NCBI GenBank assembly: GCA_963749075.1
Contig: CAVVLJ010000016.1
Coordinates: 640,001-704,000, forward strand
DNA length: 64,000 bases
Direction of reading: 5' to 3'
Source: an uncultured Pseudomonadota bacterium
GTDB lineage: Bacteria; Pseudomonadota; Alphaproteobacteria; JACZXZ01
Shown here: piece by piece, positions 1 through 13,771 of the stretch
Layout of the letters: each line of letters opens with the position of its first letter
How positions within the stretch are numbered: the stretch's first letter is position 1
Made by a program: the position numbers and the translations under genes
The notes under the pieces: model-generated
The model's input: the letters and a program-made list of their open reading frames with translations, nothing else
Databases searched by the model: none
Told to the model about the DNA's origin: nothing

Positions 1-8
1 CGAGGGAT

Positions 9-1022
9 ATGAGCAAGAAGCACTTCGTGGCCGCGGTCGTGGCCGCGGCGCTCGCCGTGGCCGGCCATCATGCTGCGGCGCAGAGCGGCGCCACGGCAGC
101 CGACAAGGGCCTCAAGAAGATCACCTTCCTCACCAGTTACGTCTTCCACGGCCGCCATACGCCATTTTTCGTGGGCCTCGACAAGGGCTACTACAAGCAG
201 GCGGGTTTCGCCATCGAGATCGCGCCCGCCACCGGCAGTGGCTCCGTGGTCGCCGCGGTCGACCGCGGCGACGCCGACTTCGGCATGGCGGAGTCGACCG
301 CGGTGGTGCAGGCCGTCGCGAGGGGCGCCAAGGTCAAGGCCTTCATGGTGTTCATGGACATCACGACGGGCGGGCTCGCCTCGCTCAAGCCCTATCCGAC
401 GCCGGCATCGATCGGCGCCGCCACGGTGGCCGCCGCGCTCACCGATTCGGCGCGCGTCATCCTGCCGATCATCTACAAGCAGAAGGGCCTCGACCCCGCC
501 TCCATCCATTGGGAGGCCGCGGATCCCGCCGTCTATTTCTCGCTGCTGCTCGGCGGCAAGGCCGACCTCTTCGCCGCCTCCATCGACGGCGACGTGCCGG
601 CGCTCATGAAGGTGGCGCAGCCCCAGGGCAAGACCGTGTCGTTCAGCTCCTTCGCCGACTGGGGCTACGACGTGTACGGCTACTTCCTCGTGGCCAGCGC
701 CGAGCGCATCGCCAAGAGCCCGGCCGAGGTCAAGGCCTTCGCCGCCGCCACCGCCAAGGCGGTGCAGTACTCGATCGCCCATCCCGAGGAGGCCGCCGAG
801 ATCATGGTCAAGCACAACCCTACCCTCAACTTCGACACCACGGCGGCGCAGTGGAAGCAGTCGGTCAAGGCGATCGAGACGATTTACGAGAAGCAACACG
901 GCTACGGCGTCGCCACCGACGACCGCGTCCAGCGCACCATCGATCTGGCGCGCCAGGCGCTCAACCTCGACGCGAATCTCGTCCCGGCCGACGTCTACGC
1001 GAGCGGCATGATCGCCAAATAG
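9..1022 (+). CDS. ABC transporter substrate-binding protein, NMT1/THI5/TauA-like
   Basis: Signal peptide (MSKKHFVAAVVAAALAVAG...AAA), H-x-PFFVGLDKGYYK motif, GSG..V..V..G.ADFG and YG pattern typical of SsuA/NMT1 binding proteins; RBS GAGGG upstream. Confidence 0.85.
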   Translation: MSKKHFVAAVVAAALAVAGHHAAAQSGATAADKGLKKITFLTSYVFHGRHTPFFVGLDKGYYKQAGFAIEIAPATGSGSVVAAVDRGDADFGMAESTAVVQAVARGAKVKAFMVFMDITTGGLASLKPYPTPASIGAATVAAALTDSARVILPIIYKQKGLDPASIHWEAADPAVYFSLLLGGKADLFAASIDGDVPALMKVAQPQGKTVSFSSFADWGYDVYGYFLVASAERIAKSPAEVKAFAAATAKAVQYSIAHPEEAAEIMVKHNPTLNFDTTAAQWKQSVKAIETIYEKQHGYGVATDDRVQRTIDLARQALNLDANLVPADVYASGMIAK

Positions 1023-1245
1023 CGTCGCCGTGCTGCGGCCGCGGGCGGGCGCGACGCGGACGGCGGCCTTGGGGGCCTGTGACGATGGTCATATTCCGCG
1101 CCGGGAGCCTTGCGCTAGAGGTGGCGACGGCCGCGCCAAGGCCGGTCGCTCCGCCGCGGTGCTCGCAGCGCTGCCGAGGCGCATTGAGGGTGCCATGATT
1201 TGGTGTAGGATGGCGCTGCCGCTAAAAGCACGCCGGGGGTGGATC

Positions 1246-1935
1246 ATGGGCAGCAGGCGTTGGGCCGCCGTGGCCGGCCTTGCCGTCTTCGTCCGCTTGA
1301 CGGTGCCGGCATTCGCCGGCGAGCCCGTGGCGATGGTCGAGGAGGTGACGGGTGCCGCGCCGGGGGTGGAGTTCATGGAATATCTCTCCGAGGGCAAGGT
1401 GATCCATCTCGCTGCCAAGGACACGTTGCTCCTGGACTATTTCCGCTCCTGCGTGCGCGAGAGGATCAGCGGCGGCACCGTCACCATCGGCGCCGAGAAG
1501 AGCAGCGTCGCGGGCGGCACCGTCGAGAGCGAGAAGGTGCAATGCGACGGCGGCCAGTACCGGCTCTCGTCGCGGCAGGCAATGGCTAGCGGCGTCGTGG
1601 TCTACCGCGCCTTGCCGCGGCCGACCGATAACGAGGCCAAGGCGGTCGAGGTCGACCGCACGCTCTACGGCCTGAGCCCGCTCTTCGACCTGGGGGGCAG
1701 TGCCGGCACGCTCGTCGTCGAGCGGGTCGACCGGCGCGGCGAGCGCATCGTGCTCAAGCTCAGGCACTCCGACCTCGTGCGCGGGACGTTCTACGATTTC
1801 GCCGCGCACGGCCAGGCGCTCGCGGCAGGCGGCACCTATCGCGCGAGCAGCAACGGCCGCAGCATCGTTTTCAAGATCGATCCCTCGGCGCAGCCGGGGG
1901 AGGCGGCGCTTGCCGGACGGCTGGTTCGGCTGTGA
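1246..1935 (+). CDS. Exported hypothetical protein with a Cys pair
   Basis: ATG 1246 gives a signal peptide (MGSRRWAAVAGLAVFVRLTVPAFA). Coding-like codon usage starts here. Cys in SCVRERI and VQCDGG. The upstream part of ORF 1030 looks non-coding. Confidence 0.7.
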   Translation: MGSRRWAAVAGLAVFVRLTVPAFAGEPVAMVEEVTGAAPGVEFMEYLSEGKVIHLAAKDTLLLDYFRSCVRERISGGTVTIGAEKSSVAGGTVESEKVQCDGGQYRLSSRQAMASGVVVYRALPRPTDNEAKAVEVDRTLYGLSPLFDLGGSAGTLVVERVDRRGERIVLKLRHSDLVRGTFYDFAAHGQALAAGGTYRASSNGRSIVFKIDPSAQPGEAALAGRLVRL

Positions 1936-1979
1936 CAGATGCGGCGTCGGCCTAGCGCCGCGCCGCCGGGAGGCGAGCT

Positions 1980-4311
1980 ATGAAACGCCTGGCGTTGCTG
2001 GTTCCGCTCCTTGTGCTCTCGCTGCCGTTGGGTGCTACGCCCGCGGCCGCGCAAGGGAACTTCATCATGCGCTCGCAGACGAACCGCACGGTCGATGCCA
2101 TCCAGAATCAGATCAGGCAGGCGGTGCGGCCGCACCTTGCGGTGCGCAATCCGGCGGGGGCCGTCGAGTCGATCGCCTTGAGCCAGGACGGCAAGCTCCT
2201 CGCCGTCGTCCTTGCCGACAACACGATCCGCGTCTTCGATCTGCAGGCGGGCGTGCAGCGCGCCCGCCTGACCGGCGGCAGGGGCCGCCTGCACGCCGCC
2301 GCGGTGACCGGCGACGACCGCTTCGTGCTGAGCGGCGGCGACGACGGCACGGTCGGCGTGTGGGATGCGGCGACGGGCGCCAAGCTGCGCGACCTCAGCG
2401 GGCACCGCGGCGCCGTGAACGCCATCGTCTCGGCCGCCGACGGCAGCGCCGTGGCGACGGCGGGGGCGGACGGCACGGTCCGCCTGTGGGCGCCGGCAAG
2501 CGGCCAGGCCCTTCGGGTGCTGAGCGGCCACAGCGGTCCCGTGCTCTCCCTCTCGTTCAGTGCGGACGGGCGCACGCTCTTGAGCGGCGGCGCCGACGGC
2601 AAGGCCATCCTGTGGAACCGCGCGGACGGCAAGCCCGAGGAGACGCTCGACGACCACGGCGGCAAGATCGTCGCCGTCGGCTTCGACAACAGCGGCCGCG
2701 GCGTCACCACGGACGAACAGGGCTCCGTGCATATCTGGGGGCAGAGGGGAGCCGGGCCCGCGCGGACCTTCCGCGGCACGCAGCAGGCCGTCGGCGCCGA
2801 GGTCACGGGCGACGGCCGCTACGTCGCGGTGAGCAGCCCCGACGGCCATGCGACGCTGCGCGACATCGAGAGCGGCCGGGTGCTCAAGGAATTCACGGCT
2901 CCCTCCGGCTCGGCGCAAATCGTCGTCGTCGACGTGCAGCGCCAGCGCCTGATCACGGGCGGCGCCGACGGCATGGTGCGCGTGTGGAACCTCGGCAGCG
3001 GCGCCAATCTGGCCCAGATCATCGCCACCTTGGGCGGCTGGGCCGTGCTCGAACTCCCAGGGCCGCTTCGACGGCTCGCAGCAAGGGGTCACCGACGTGG
3101 CGTGGATCGCCAACCAGGCCGCACTGCCGATCGACAATTTTTCGCAGCGCTACTACGAGCCGGGTCTCTTGGCCAAGGATTTCGCGGAGCGCCCTGCCTT
3201 CGCCTCCCAGCCCACGGCGGCGGTCTCCGACGGCATTTTCCTGCCGCCGCAGACCACCATCACGGTGGCGCCGGGCGGGCCCTACCAGCTTGGCCAGGCC
3301 ATCGACGTGACGGTCAACGCCGAGGACCGCGGCGGCAACATCGGCACGATTCGCCTCTTCCACAACGGCAAGCTCGTGCCCGGCGATTTCGCCACCCTGC
3401 ACGACGAAACGCGGAACAACGTCAAGGTGCGCCAGGCGGTCTACCGCGTGCAGCTCACGGCCGGCAGCAACATCTTCGAGGCCCTCGCCGTCAGCGACCA
3501 GGGCATCGACGGCGTGCCGGTGAGCGCCACCGTGACCGCACCCGGCACGCGCGCGCTCCCGACCCTCCATATCGTGACGATCGGCATCAACAAATACAAG
3601 GACGCGAGGCTCGACCTCAACTACGGCGTGCCCGACGCGCTGGCGGTGCTCAAGGCGTTCAACGTCTCGACCGCCTCCGTCTTCGCCAAGATCGTCGAAT
3701 ACCGGCTGACCGACGACGCGGCCAGCCGGCAGAACATCCTCGATCTCATGAAGGGCCTGCGCGGCGTGCGCGCGGACGACGAGGTCGTGATCTTCTACGC
3801 GGGGCACGGCGAGATCTTCAACAACCAGTGGTACCTCATCCCCTACGACGTGAACCTGGCGAGCGACGCCGACGCGGAGCGCAGCAGCATCTCGGCGAGC
3901 GAGCTTCGCGATGCCATCGTCCATATCGGCGCCGAGCGCATCATGATCTTCGTCGATGCCTGCAAGTCGGGCGGCAGCATCGAGACGCTTGCGAGCGCGC
4001 TCGACCGCAAGGTGCTGCGCGAGGTCGCGCGCGAGGCGGGCGTGGCGATCCTCGCCGCGACGCGGCGCGACCAGCTCGCGGCGGAGCTGCCCTCTCTCGG
4101 GCACGGCGCCTTCACCTATGTCGTGCTCGAAGGCCTGGCGGGCCGCGCCGACCGCGATCCCGCCGACGGCCAGATCACCGTGAGCAAGATACTGCGCTAC
4201 TCGATCGAGACGCTGCCGGCCATGACCGAGAAGCTGGGCAGCCTGCCGCAGGTGCCGGTCGCCTACCAGCGCGGCACCGACTTCGTCGTCAAGGCGGGGT
4301 TGGGGGGCTGA
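1980..4311 (+). CDS. Exported WD40-repeat + caspase-like (peptidase C14) protein, split by a +1 frameshift near 3052
   Basis: ORF 1980 has a signal peptide and about 7-8 WD40 repeats (SGHRGAVNAI..DG..VATAGADGTVRLW). ORF 3097 has an Ig-like segment and the caspase dyad motifs FYAGHG and FVDACKSG. Removing one A in GAACTCC (3051-3057) gives WAVLDSQGRFDGSQ and one ORF of about 776 aa. Confidence 0.85.
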
Positions 4312-4336
4312 GCTGAAGGCGGCGAACGCGCGAGCG

Positions 4337-5209
4337 ATGCCCGGCGGCCGTGCGCGCGCGGGTGCGCGGCACCTCGCCTCCGCCCTGATCGCGGCAGAGC
4401 TCGCACTCGGCTTGGCCGGCTGCGCCGCGGCGCGGCGGGAGCAGGCGCTCGCCGAGGCCGAGCGCATCGCGGCGCCCCACGGTCTCAAGCGGCAGCTCAT
4501 CCCGGCGGGCGACTTCACGCTCCTCTCCTATCAGCGTCTCTCTCCCGCCGGCGATGACCGCCTCGTCGTCTATCTCGAGGGCGACGGACTTGCCTGGATC
4601 AACCGCGGCCAGATATCCGACGATCCGACGCCCGAGGATCCGCTGGCCCTGCGCCTCGCGGCCGCGGACGATGCGGCGAGCGTCCTCTATCTCGCGCGGC
4701 CATGCCAGTTCGTCATGGCGAGCCATCCGCGCAACTGCGCGCCGCGCTACTGGTCGACCGCGCGCTACTCGGAGGAGGTCGTCGCCTCCGCCGGCCGGGC
4801 GATCGACCTGGTCGAGGCCGCAGCCGGCAAGCGCAAGCTCGAGCTCGTCGGCTATTCGGGAGGAGGGGTGCTGGCGGCCCTGCTCGCGGCGCGCCGCGAC
4901 GATGTGGTGCGCGTCATCGCGGTGGCGGCCGATCTGGACCTGCCGTCCTGGACCGCATACCATCATTTGACGCCGCTCGCGGAGTCCCTGAACCCGACCG
5001 ACTTCGCGGCACGGCTTGCCCGGGTTCCGCAGGTGATCTTCCTCGGCGAGCGCGACGACGTCGTGCCGCCTTCGGTCGTCCAGCACTACCGGTCGGCCCT
5101 GCCGGCGAGCGCTCCGATCGCGATCGTGCCGCTCGCGGGCTTCTCCCACGACTGCTGCTGGGTGGAGGCATGGCCCGCGCTTCTGCGCAAGGCGCGCGCG
5201 CTACCGTAG
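4337..5209 (+). CDS. Alpha/beta hydrolase lipoprotein
   Basis: Lipobox LAGC, VVYLEGDG motif, nucleophile elbow GYSGG, D in GERDDVV, H in FSHDCCW. Confidence 0.8.
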   Translation: MPGGRARAGARHLASALIAAELALGLAGCAAARREQALAEAERIAAPHGLKRQLIPAGDFTLLSYQRLSPAGDDRLVVYLEGDGLAWINRGQISDDPTPEDPLALRLAAADDAASVLYLARPCQFVMASHPRNCAPRYWSTARYSEEVVASAGRAIDLVEAAAGKRKLELVGYSGGGVLAALLAARRDDVVRVIAVAADLDLPSWTAYHHLTPLAESLNPTDFAARLARVPQVIFLGERDDVVPPSVVQHYRSALPASAPIAIVPLAGFSHDCCWVEAWPALLRKARALP

Positions 5210-5222
5210 CCGGGCCGGAAAA

Positions 5223-6587
5223 CTAGAACACGATGCGCAGGTTCGCGGCGGCGACCACGTCCGTGCTGTGGGTGCGTCCCTCCTCGGTCGTGGCGACGAA
5301 GCCCGCCTTGACCTGGTCGGTCAGCTGATAGCGGAAGCCGGCGCCCACGGTCACGCCGAAGCGGCCGGTGCCGTCATGCGGGTCGGTCGTCTCGTAGGCG
5401 AGGGTGAGCGGTATATAAGGCTCGAAGTTGCCCATCGGATAGGCGGCCTCGCCGCCCAGCTTGACCGCGCTATAGTGCACCGTGGTCGGCTGCGTGCCGA
5501 TGAAGGCGGGCGCGCCGTTGTCTGGATTCTCGAGCGCGTAGACATAGCCCAAGAACCCGGTCAGCGAGAACTGGCCGACATCGTAGAAGGCGTTGAAATT
5601 CGTGGCGCCGGTATAGCGGCTCGAGTCGTAGCTCGGCGTGCCGATGACCGCGTTCGACAGCCGCGTGTAGTTGAAGAGCGCGTCGACCGTGAAATGCGAG
5701 CTTATGATGTAGGAGGCATAGGGCCCGAACTGCGCGCCGTCGGCGACGCGCGGTCCGAACATCTTCACGCTCACGTCGGTGCGGACGTAGCCGGCGCTGA
5801 ACCCGACGAGCCAGGTATTTTCGATGTTGTAGTCGACGCCCGCGAGGCCGGTGACGGTGTAGCCCTCGAACGACGAGACCGCGCTGTCGTCGCTGATGTA
5901 GGATCCCGAGCCGTCGACCCAGAAGCCCCACTTGTGATCGGGCGAGCCGGCCAACATGCCGTTATAGATGAGATGCGGCGCCTCCGACTGCTGGTTCGGG
6001 TTTCCCTTGGAGCGGGCGATGTCGCGCGAGATCGACTGGACGCGCGTGGCGATGATCGCCGTCGTCGCATCGACCTGCGAGCGCACGGTCGTCTGCGCAG
6101 CCCCTCTCACGGCGGCCGCGCTGGCGTTGCCCGTCCCCCCGAAGAGCACCGCGATCGGCCCGCATTGGCCGGAGTACGAGCCGCTGCTGGTGATCGTGCA
6201 GTTGAGCGGGCTCGTAATGCCATCGATGGTCTCGGTGCCGATGATGGTCACCGAGTTCGACGTGTTGGAGAAGTTGAACGTGCCGCTGCCGCTGTCTTGG
6301 CCGCTGACGGAGAAAGAGCCCGTCCCGTTCGTGTTGTAATTGACGGTGTAAGTGTCCCCACTGAACGAGCCGGTGAAGCTGCACATCCCGTTCCCGTTGC
6401 AGACTCCGGGGAGGGTCGCCGCCCGCGCGGGGCGATCGGAGGTGCCGAGGACAAGCATGGCGCTTGCGGCAAGGAGGAGGCTGGCGCCGAGCGCAAGACG
6501 CGAGAGGCGCGCCCTTGCGCCCCGGCGCGCCCCGAGTAGGCCGCGCCGCGCCGCGAGATGGCCGGCGCTTCCCCTTGGTCCGCTCAT
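5223..6587 (-). CDS. Autotransporter-type outer-membrane beta-barrel protein with a short Ser/Gly/Thr-rich passenger
   Basis: Long signal peptide, small passenger with 4 Cys, helical linker, amphipathic beta-strands (WGFWVDGSG, GVDY, GPYASY) and C-terminal Phe (ANLRIVF). Confidence 0.8.
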   Translation of the reverse strand: MSGPRGSAGHLAARRGLLGARRGARARLSRLALGASLLLAASAMLVLGTSDRPARAATLPGVCNGNGMCSFTGSFSGDTYTVNYNTNGTGSFSVSGQDSGSGTFNFSNTSNSVTIIGTETIDGITSPLNCTITSSGSYSGQCGPIAVLFGGTGNASAAAVRGAAQTTVRSQVDATTAIIATRVQSISRDIARSKGNPNQQSEAPHLIYNGMLAGSPDHKWGFWVDGSGSYISDDSAVSSFEGYTVTGLAGVDYNIENTWLVGFSAGYVRTDVSVKMFGPRVADGAQFGPYASYIISSHFTVDALFNYTRLSNAVIGTPSYDSSRYTGATNFNAFYDVGQFSLTGFLGYVYALENPDNGAPAFIGTQPTTVHYSAVKLGGEAAYPMGNFEPYIPLTLAYETTDPHDGTGRFGVTVGAGFRYQLTDQVKAGFVATTEEGRTHSTDVVAAANLRIVF

Positions 6588-6773
6588 GGCTCCCCCCAGA
6601 TTCCAGCGAAACCCGCTTGATATCTAGTACCTAACGCGCCTTTCTCAGTCAACCTCGATTGCGGGACGAGAGAGGCCGCGTTTCCGGCTTGGCCGGGAGC
6701 GGCGGGCAGTATTTGCCCGGAAAACGGCTCGCACCCGGCGCCGGCCGCGGTGCCCCGCCTGTCGGGCGGCGGT

Positions 6774-6945
6774 CTAGAGGGCGGCGAGGAACTGGCGCAG
6801 CCGTTCGAGCTCGTGGTGCAGCGCGCCGCGATCGCCTCCCAGTCATTGGCGCGGCCCGCGCGCTCGATCTCCTCGCACACCTCGGCGAGCACCGCGGCGC
6901 CGGCCATGCGGCTGGCACCCTTGAGGCGGTGGGCTGCCCGCACGC
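6774..6945 (-). pseudogene. Remnant of an Hpt-domain C-terminus, paralogous to the end of the hybrid kinase at 10905-11082
   Basis: Minus strand reads RAAHRLKGASRMAGAAVLAEVCEEIERAGRANDWEAIAA, then after a short frameshifting deletion LHHELERLRQFLAAL-TAG. The kinase ends RASHRVKGASRMVGATPLAEVCERIERAGHANDWAAIAADRGALLRELERLNDYLERL-TAG. Confidence 0.75.
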
Positions 6946-7273
6946 CAGCGCCTCCGGCTGCGAGCGCCTGTGCCAAGCCAAGGCCCGCCAACCGGCGCCG
7001 ATTGCGGCCGGAGCGGCGACGCTTGCTCGGAGGCGTTTCCTGCCCGTCCGGCATGAAGGCTGGCGGTTTCCGGGCCGCCGCGGCGGTACGACTTTGCCGG
7101 AAAGATGGTGCCGTATCGCCGCTCGAAATAGAAGGCGGCCGCAGCGCGCGGCGCCGCCGCCTGCGAATGCAAGCGAGTAGCGACGCGCCATTGCCCCGGC
7201 TTGCACGCCGGGGCGAAGGCCGCGCGGCGCAGCCGGCGGCCGCGGAGCCCGCGATCCCCTCGGCCCGCAATCC

Positions 7274-7301
7274 TTGACACCTCGGGCGGCTCTTATAGAG
7301 T
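7274..7301 (+). promoter_or_regulatory. Putative sigma70 promoter for the hybrid kinase
   Basis: TTGACA (7274-7279), 16-bp spacer, TAGAGT (7296-7301). Confidence 0.45.
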
Positions 7302-7374
7302 GGCCTGTACTGGATCACGCGGAAGCACAAGCTGCACCGAGCCTGGGAAGTCATTGCGGGGATTCGGATCAGCC

Positions 7375-11082
<3,708 letters not shown>

Positions 11083-11117
11083 CGTCGCGAGAGGGACCGG
11101 GAGTTCGAGGATGCATC

Positions 11118-12317
11118 ATGGAGATTGAGGTCCTGCGCTTTCTCGTAGCCGAAGATCACGACTTCCAGCGCCGCACGCTGGTGCGCATCCTGACCATGCT
11201 GGGCGCCAAGCACATCGCCGAGGCGAGCGATGGCAAGGCGGCGCTCGAGCTCTTCCGCGACCCCGCCCAGGCCGTCGACATCATCATCAGCGATCTCGAC
11301 ATGCCGGGCATGGACGGCATGGAGCTGATCCGCCATATCGGCGCCGCCGGCATCCCGGTCTCGATGATCCTCTCGAGCGCCGTCGAGCGCTCGCTGCTCT
11401 CCTCGGTCGAGACGATGACGAAGGCATACGGCATCAACCTCCTCGGTGCCATCGAGAAGCCGGTGTCGCCGCGCAAGCTGCGGGCGCTCATCGAGCTGCA
11501 CGAGCCGCCGCGGCCGGCGGCGGAGCGCGCCGCTGCCGCGGCACCCGCCTTCACGCTCGAGGAGATCCGGCACGGCCTGGAGAGCGGCGAGTTCGAGCCC
11601 TTCTTCCAGCCGAAGATCGATCTCGCCAAGGGCTCCGTGGAGGGAGCCGAGGCGCTGGCGCGCTGGCGCCACCCGCAGAAAGGCATCGTCCCGCCCTACG
11701 CCTTCATCTCGCGGCTCGAGGAGAGCGGCCTGATCGACGACCTCACCTGGCTGATGCTGGAGAAATCGGCGCGCTATTGCCGCGACTGGGTGCAGGGCGG
11801 CCTCGACGTCGTCATCTCGGTCAACCTCTCGCTGAAGTCGCTCACCGATACCGACATGGCCGAGCGCGTGGTGCAGATCGTGCGCGGTGAGGGGCTGGAG
11901 CCGCACCACATGGTCCTCGAGGTGACCGAGTCGGCCGCCATGACCGAGGTCGGGAAGGCGCTCGAGAATCTTGCGCGGCTGCGCATGAAGGGCTTCGGGC
12001 TCTCGATCGACGACTACGGCACCGGCTATTCGTCGATGCAGCAGCTCTCGCGCATCGCCTTCACCGAGCTCAAGATCGACCAGTCCTTCGTGATGAGCGC
12101 CACCGAGGTCGAGGCCAGCAGGGTCATCCTCGAATCGAGCCTCGACATGGCGCGCAAGCTCAGGCTGCAGTCCGTGGCCGAGGGCGTCGAGACGCGGGCC
12201 CATTGGGACCTCCTGCGCGAGCTCGGCTGCGACCTGGTGCAGGGTTACTTCGCGGCCAAGCCGATGCCGGCGGCGGATTTCGCGCCGTGGGCAAGGAGCT
12301 GGACGCCGCCCGCTTAG
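11118..12317 (+). CDS. REC-EAL response regulator / c-di-GMP phosphodiesterase (RocR-like)
   Basis: REC (VAEDH, SDLDMPGMDG) plus EAL domain with FFQPK, AEALARW, SVNLS, LEVTES, DDYGTGYSS, VAEGVE, QGY. Confidence 0.92.
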   Translation: MEIEVLRFLVAEDHDFQRRTLVRILTMLGAKHIAEASDGKAALELFRDPAQAVDIIISDLDMPGMDGMELIRHIGAAGIPVSMILSSAVERSLLSSVETMTKAYGINLLGAIEKPVSPRKLRALIELHEPPRPAAERAAAAAPAFTLEEIRHGLESGEFEPFFQPKIDLAKGSVEGAEALARWRHPQKGIVPPYAFISRLEESGLIDDLTWLMLEKSARYCRDWVQGGLDVVISVNLSLKSLTDTDMAERVVQIVRGEGLEPHHMVLEVTESAAMTEVGKALENLARLRMKGFGLSIDDYGTGYSSMQQLSRIAFTELKIDQSFVMSATEVEASRVILESSLDMARKLRLQSVAEGVETRAHWDLLRELGCDLVQGYFAAKPMPAADFAPWARSWTPPA

Positions 12318-12326
12318 GCAGCGCCG

Positions 12327-13499
12327 CTAGGCTGCCAGCGCCTTGAGCGCCTCCGAGAGGGCGAGAAAGAGGTGATAGGGGGTGGTCGCCGGCAGCGCCG
12401 TCGTCTGCGGCTCGAGCTTGCGGTCGAGCACTTCGCGCCAGCCGCCGTCCGCGAGGAGATAGTGCGCGAAGAGGAATTCGACGAGCGCGGCGAGACGCGC
12501 GCGCGCGGCGTCGCCCTCCGCCCGCGGCAGCTTGGCGCGCGCGCGCAGCGTATAGGCCTTGATGCGCTCGCACTGCGGCCAGATGCGCTTGCTGTCCTTG
12601 ACCACGTGCCCCTGCCGGTCGAGCGCGTCGAACACGCCGCCATGCTCGGCGTCGACGCCGTGCCGCTCGGCCCAGGCGAAGAGGCGCTCGGCGGCGGGCA
12701 GCATGCGCGCGTCGTGCCAGAAGGCACTGCCCTCGTATATGAGCCAGTACCACTCGAAATGATGGCCCGGCTCGACCAGGTTGCCCGTCTCCGCATGGGG
12801 CCGGCCGCGCTCGTCGAAGAACTCGCCGAGGATGCCGGCCTTCGCGTCGAAGAGGTGGCGCTGGAAGAGCTCGGCGAGCGCTGCGGCCTCCTCCCTGAAG
12901 GCCGGCTCGTCGTTCGCGCGGGCGAGCGCCACGTAGGCCTCGAGGAGATGCATGTGGGGGTTCTGCTTGAGCGTATGGTCGGCGATCGACCAGTCTTGCT
13001 GGGCACGCGAGGCGAACCAACCCGCGGGCAGCCGCAGGTGGCGCCCGAGGAGATGCCCGGTCTCGCGCGCGATCTCGAGCGCCTCGCGCCGGCGGAAGCT
13101 CTGGAAGTAATGGGCGAGGCCGAACATGGCGAAGGCGTGGCCGTAGAGGTCCTTGCCGGTGTCGAGCGGGCTGCCGTCGAGGGCGACGGTGAAGAACCAG
13201 CCGCCGAAGCGGTGGTCCCAGAAGCGCCGCACGAGGTAGTCGTAGATGCGGTGGGCCACGTCCTCATGGCCCGTCCCGGGGCGCAGGCGCGCCGCCTCGC
13301 TGAAGACATAGAGCTGGCGGCCGCACACGGTGAGCCTGCGGTGCTCGAGCGGCGAGGGCGAATGGTCGGCCTCGAGCCGCTCGAAGAAGCCGCCGTGGAG
13401 GCGGTCCCAGCCGTGCTCGGCCCAAAGCGGCAGGAGCTCGCGAAAGAGATAGTCGTCGATCCTCTTGCCGAGCGGCGGCGCAGCACTCCCCATGGACAC
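12327..13499 (-). CDS. AGE-family epimerase/isomerase (N-acylglucosamine 2-epimerase / type III mannose-6-P isomerase-like)
   Basis: RQLYVFS, DLYGHAF, QNPHMHLLEA, EPGHHFEW, WPQCERIKA and YH motifs. Confidence 0.88.
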   Translation of the reverse strand: MSMGSAAPPLGKRIDDYLFRELLPLWAEHGWDRLHGGFFERLEADHSPSPLEHRRLTVCGRQLYVFSEAARLRPGTGHEDVAHRIYDYLVRRFWDHRFGGWFFTVALDGSPLDTGKDLYGHAFAMFGLAHYFQSFRRREALEIARETGHLLGRHLRLPAGWFASRAQQDWSIADHTLKQNPHMHLLEAYVALARANDEPAFREEAAALAELFQRHLFDAKAGILGEFFDERGRPHAETGNLVEPGHHFEWYWLIYEGSAFWHDARMLPAAERLFAWAERHGVDAEHGGVFDALDRQGHVVKDSKRIWPQCERIKAYTLRARAKLPRAEGDAARARLAALVEFLFAHYLLADGGWREVLDRKLEPQTTALPATTPYHLFLALSEALKALAA

Positions 13500-13771
13500 T
13501 CTTTACACGCTCGCCCCAGACGCCGGAAGGCCTGCCAAGCGCGGCGGCGGCCGCCGCCGCCCGCTCGAGGGAGCCGGCTTGTTAGCTCCGGGCACTACCT
13601 GCGCCGGCGGTGGGCGGGACCGAGCGTCCCGCCGTTGGGAGTTCGCTGGCTGCCGCCGCCGCTCTCGCGCTCCGCGTCCCGCCATAGCATACTATGGCGA
13701 TGCGCCAAGGGAAGCGGCCGTCCGCGGCAGTGCCGGCGGGAGAAAGTGCCGTGGGAGGGGAGACGAGGACC

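Noticed and set aside
6584-7354. 256-aa minus-strand ORF as a real gene
   Set aside because: Only ~40 codons (the Hpt remnant) are protein-like; the rest is low-complexity and overlaps the kinase promoter.
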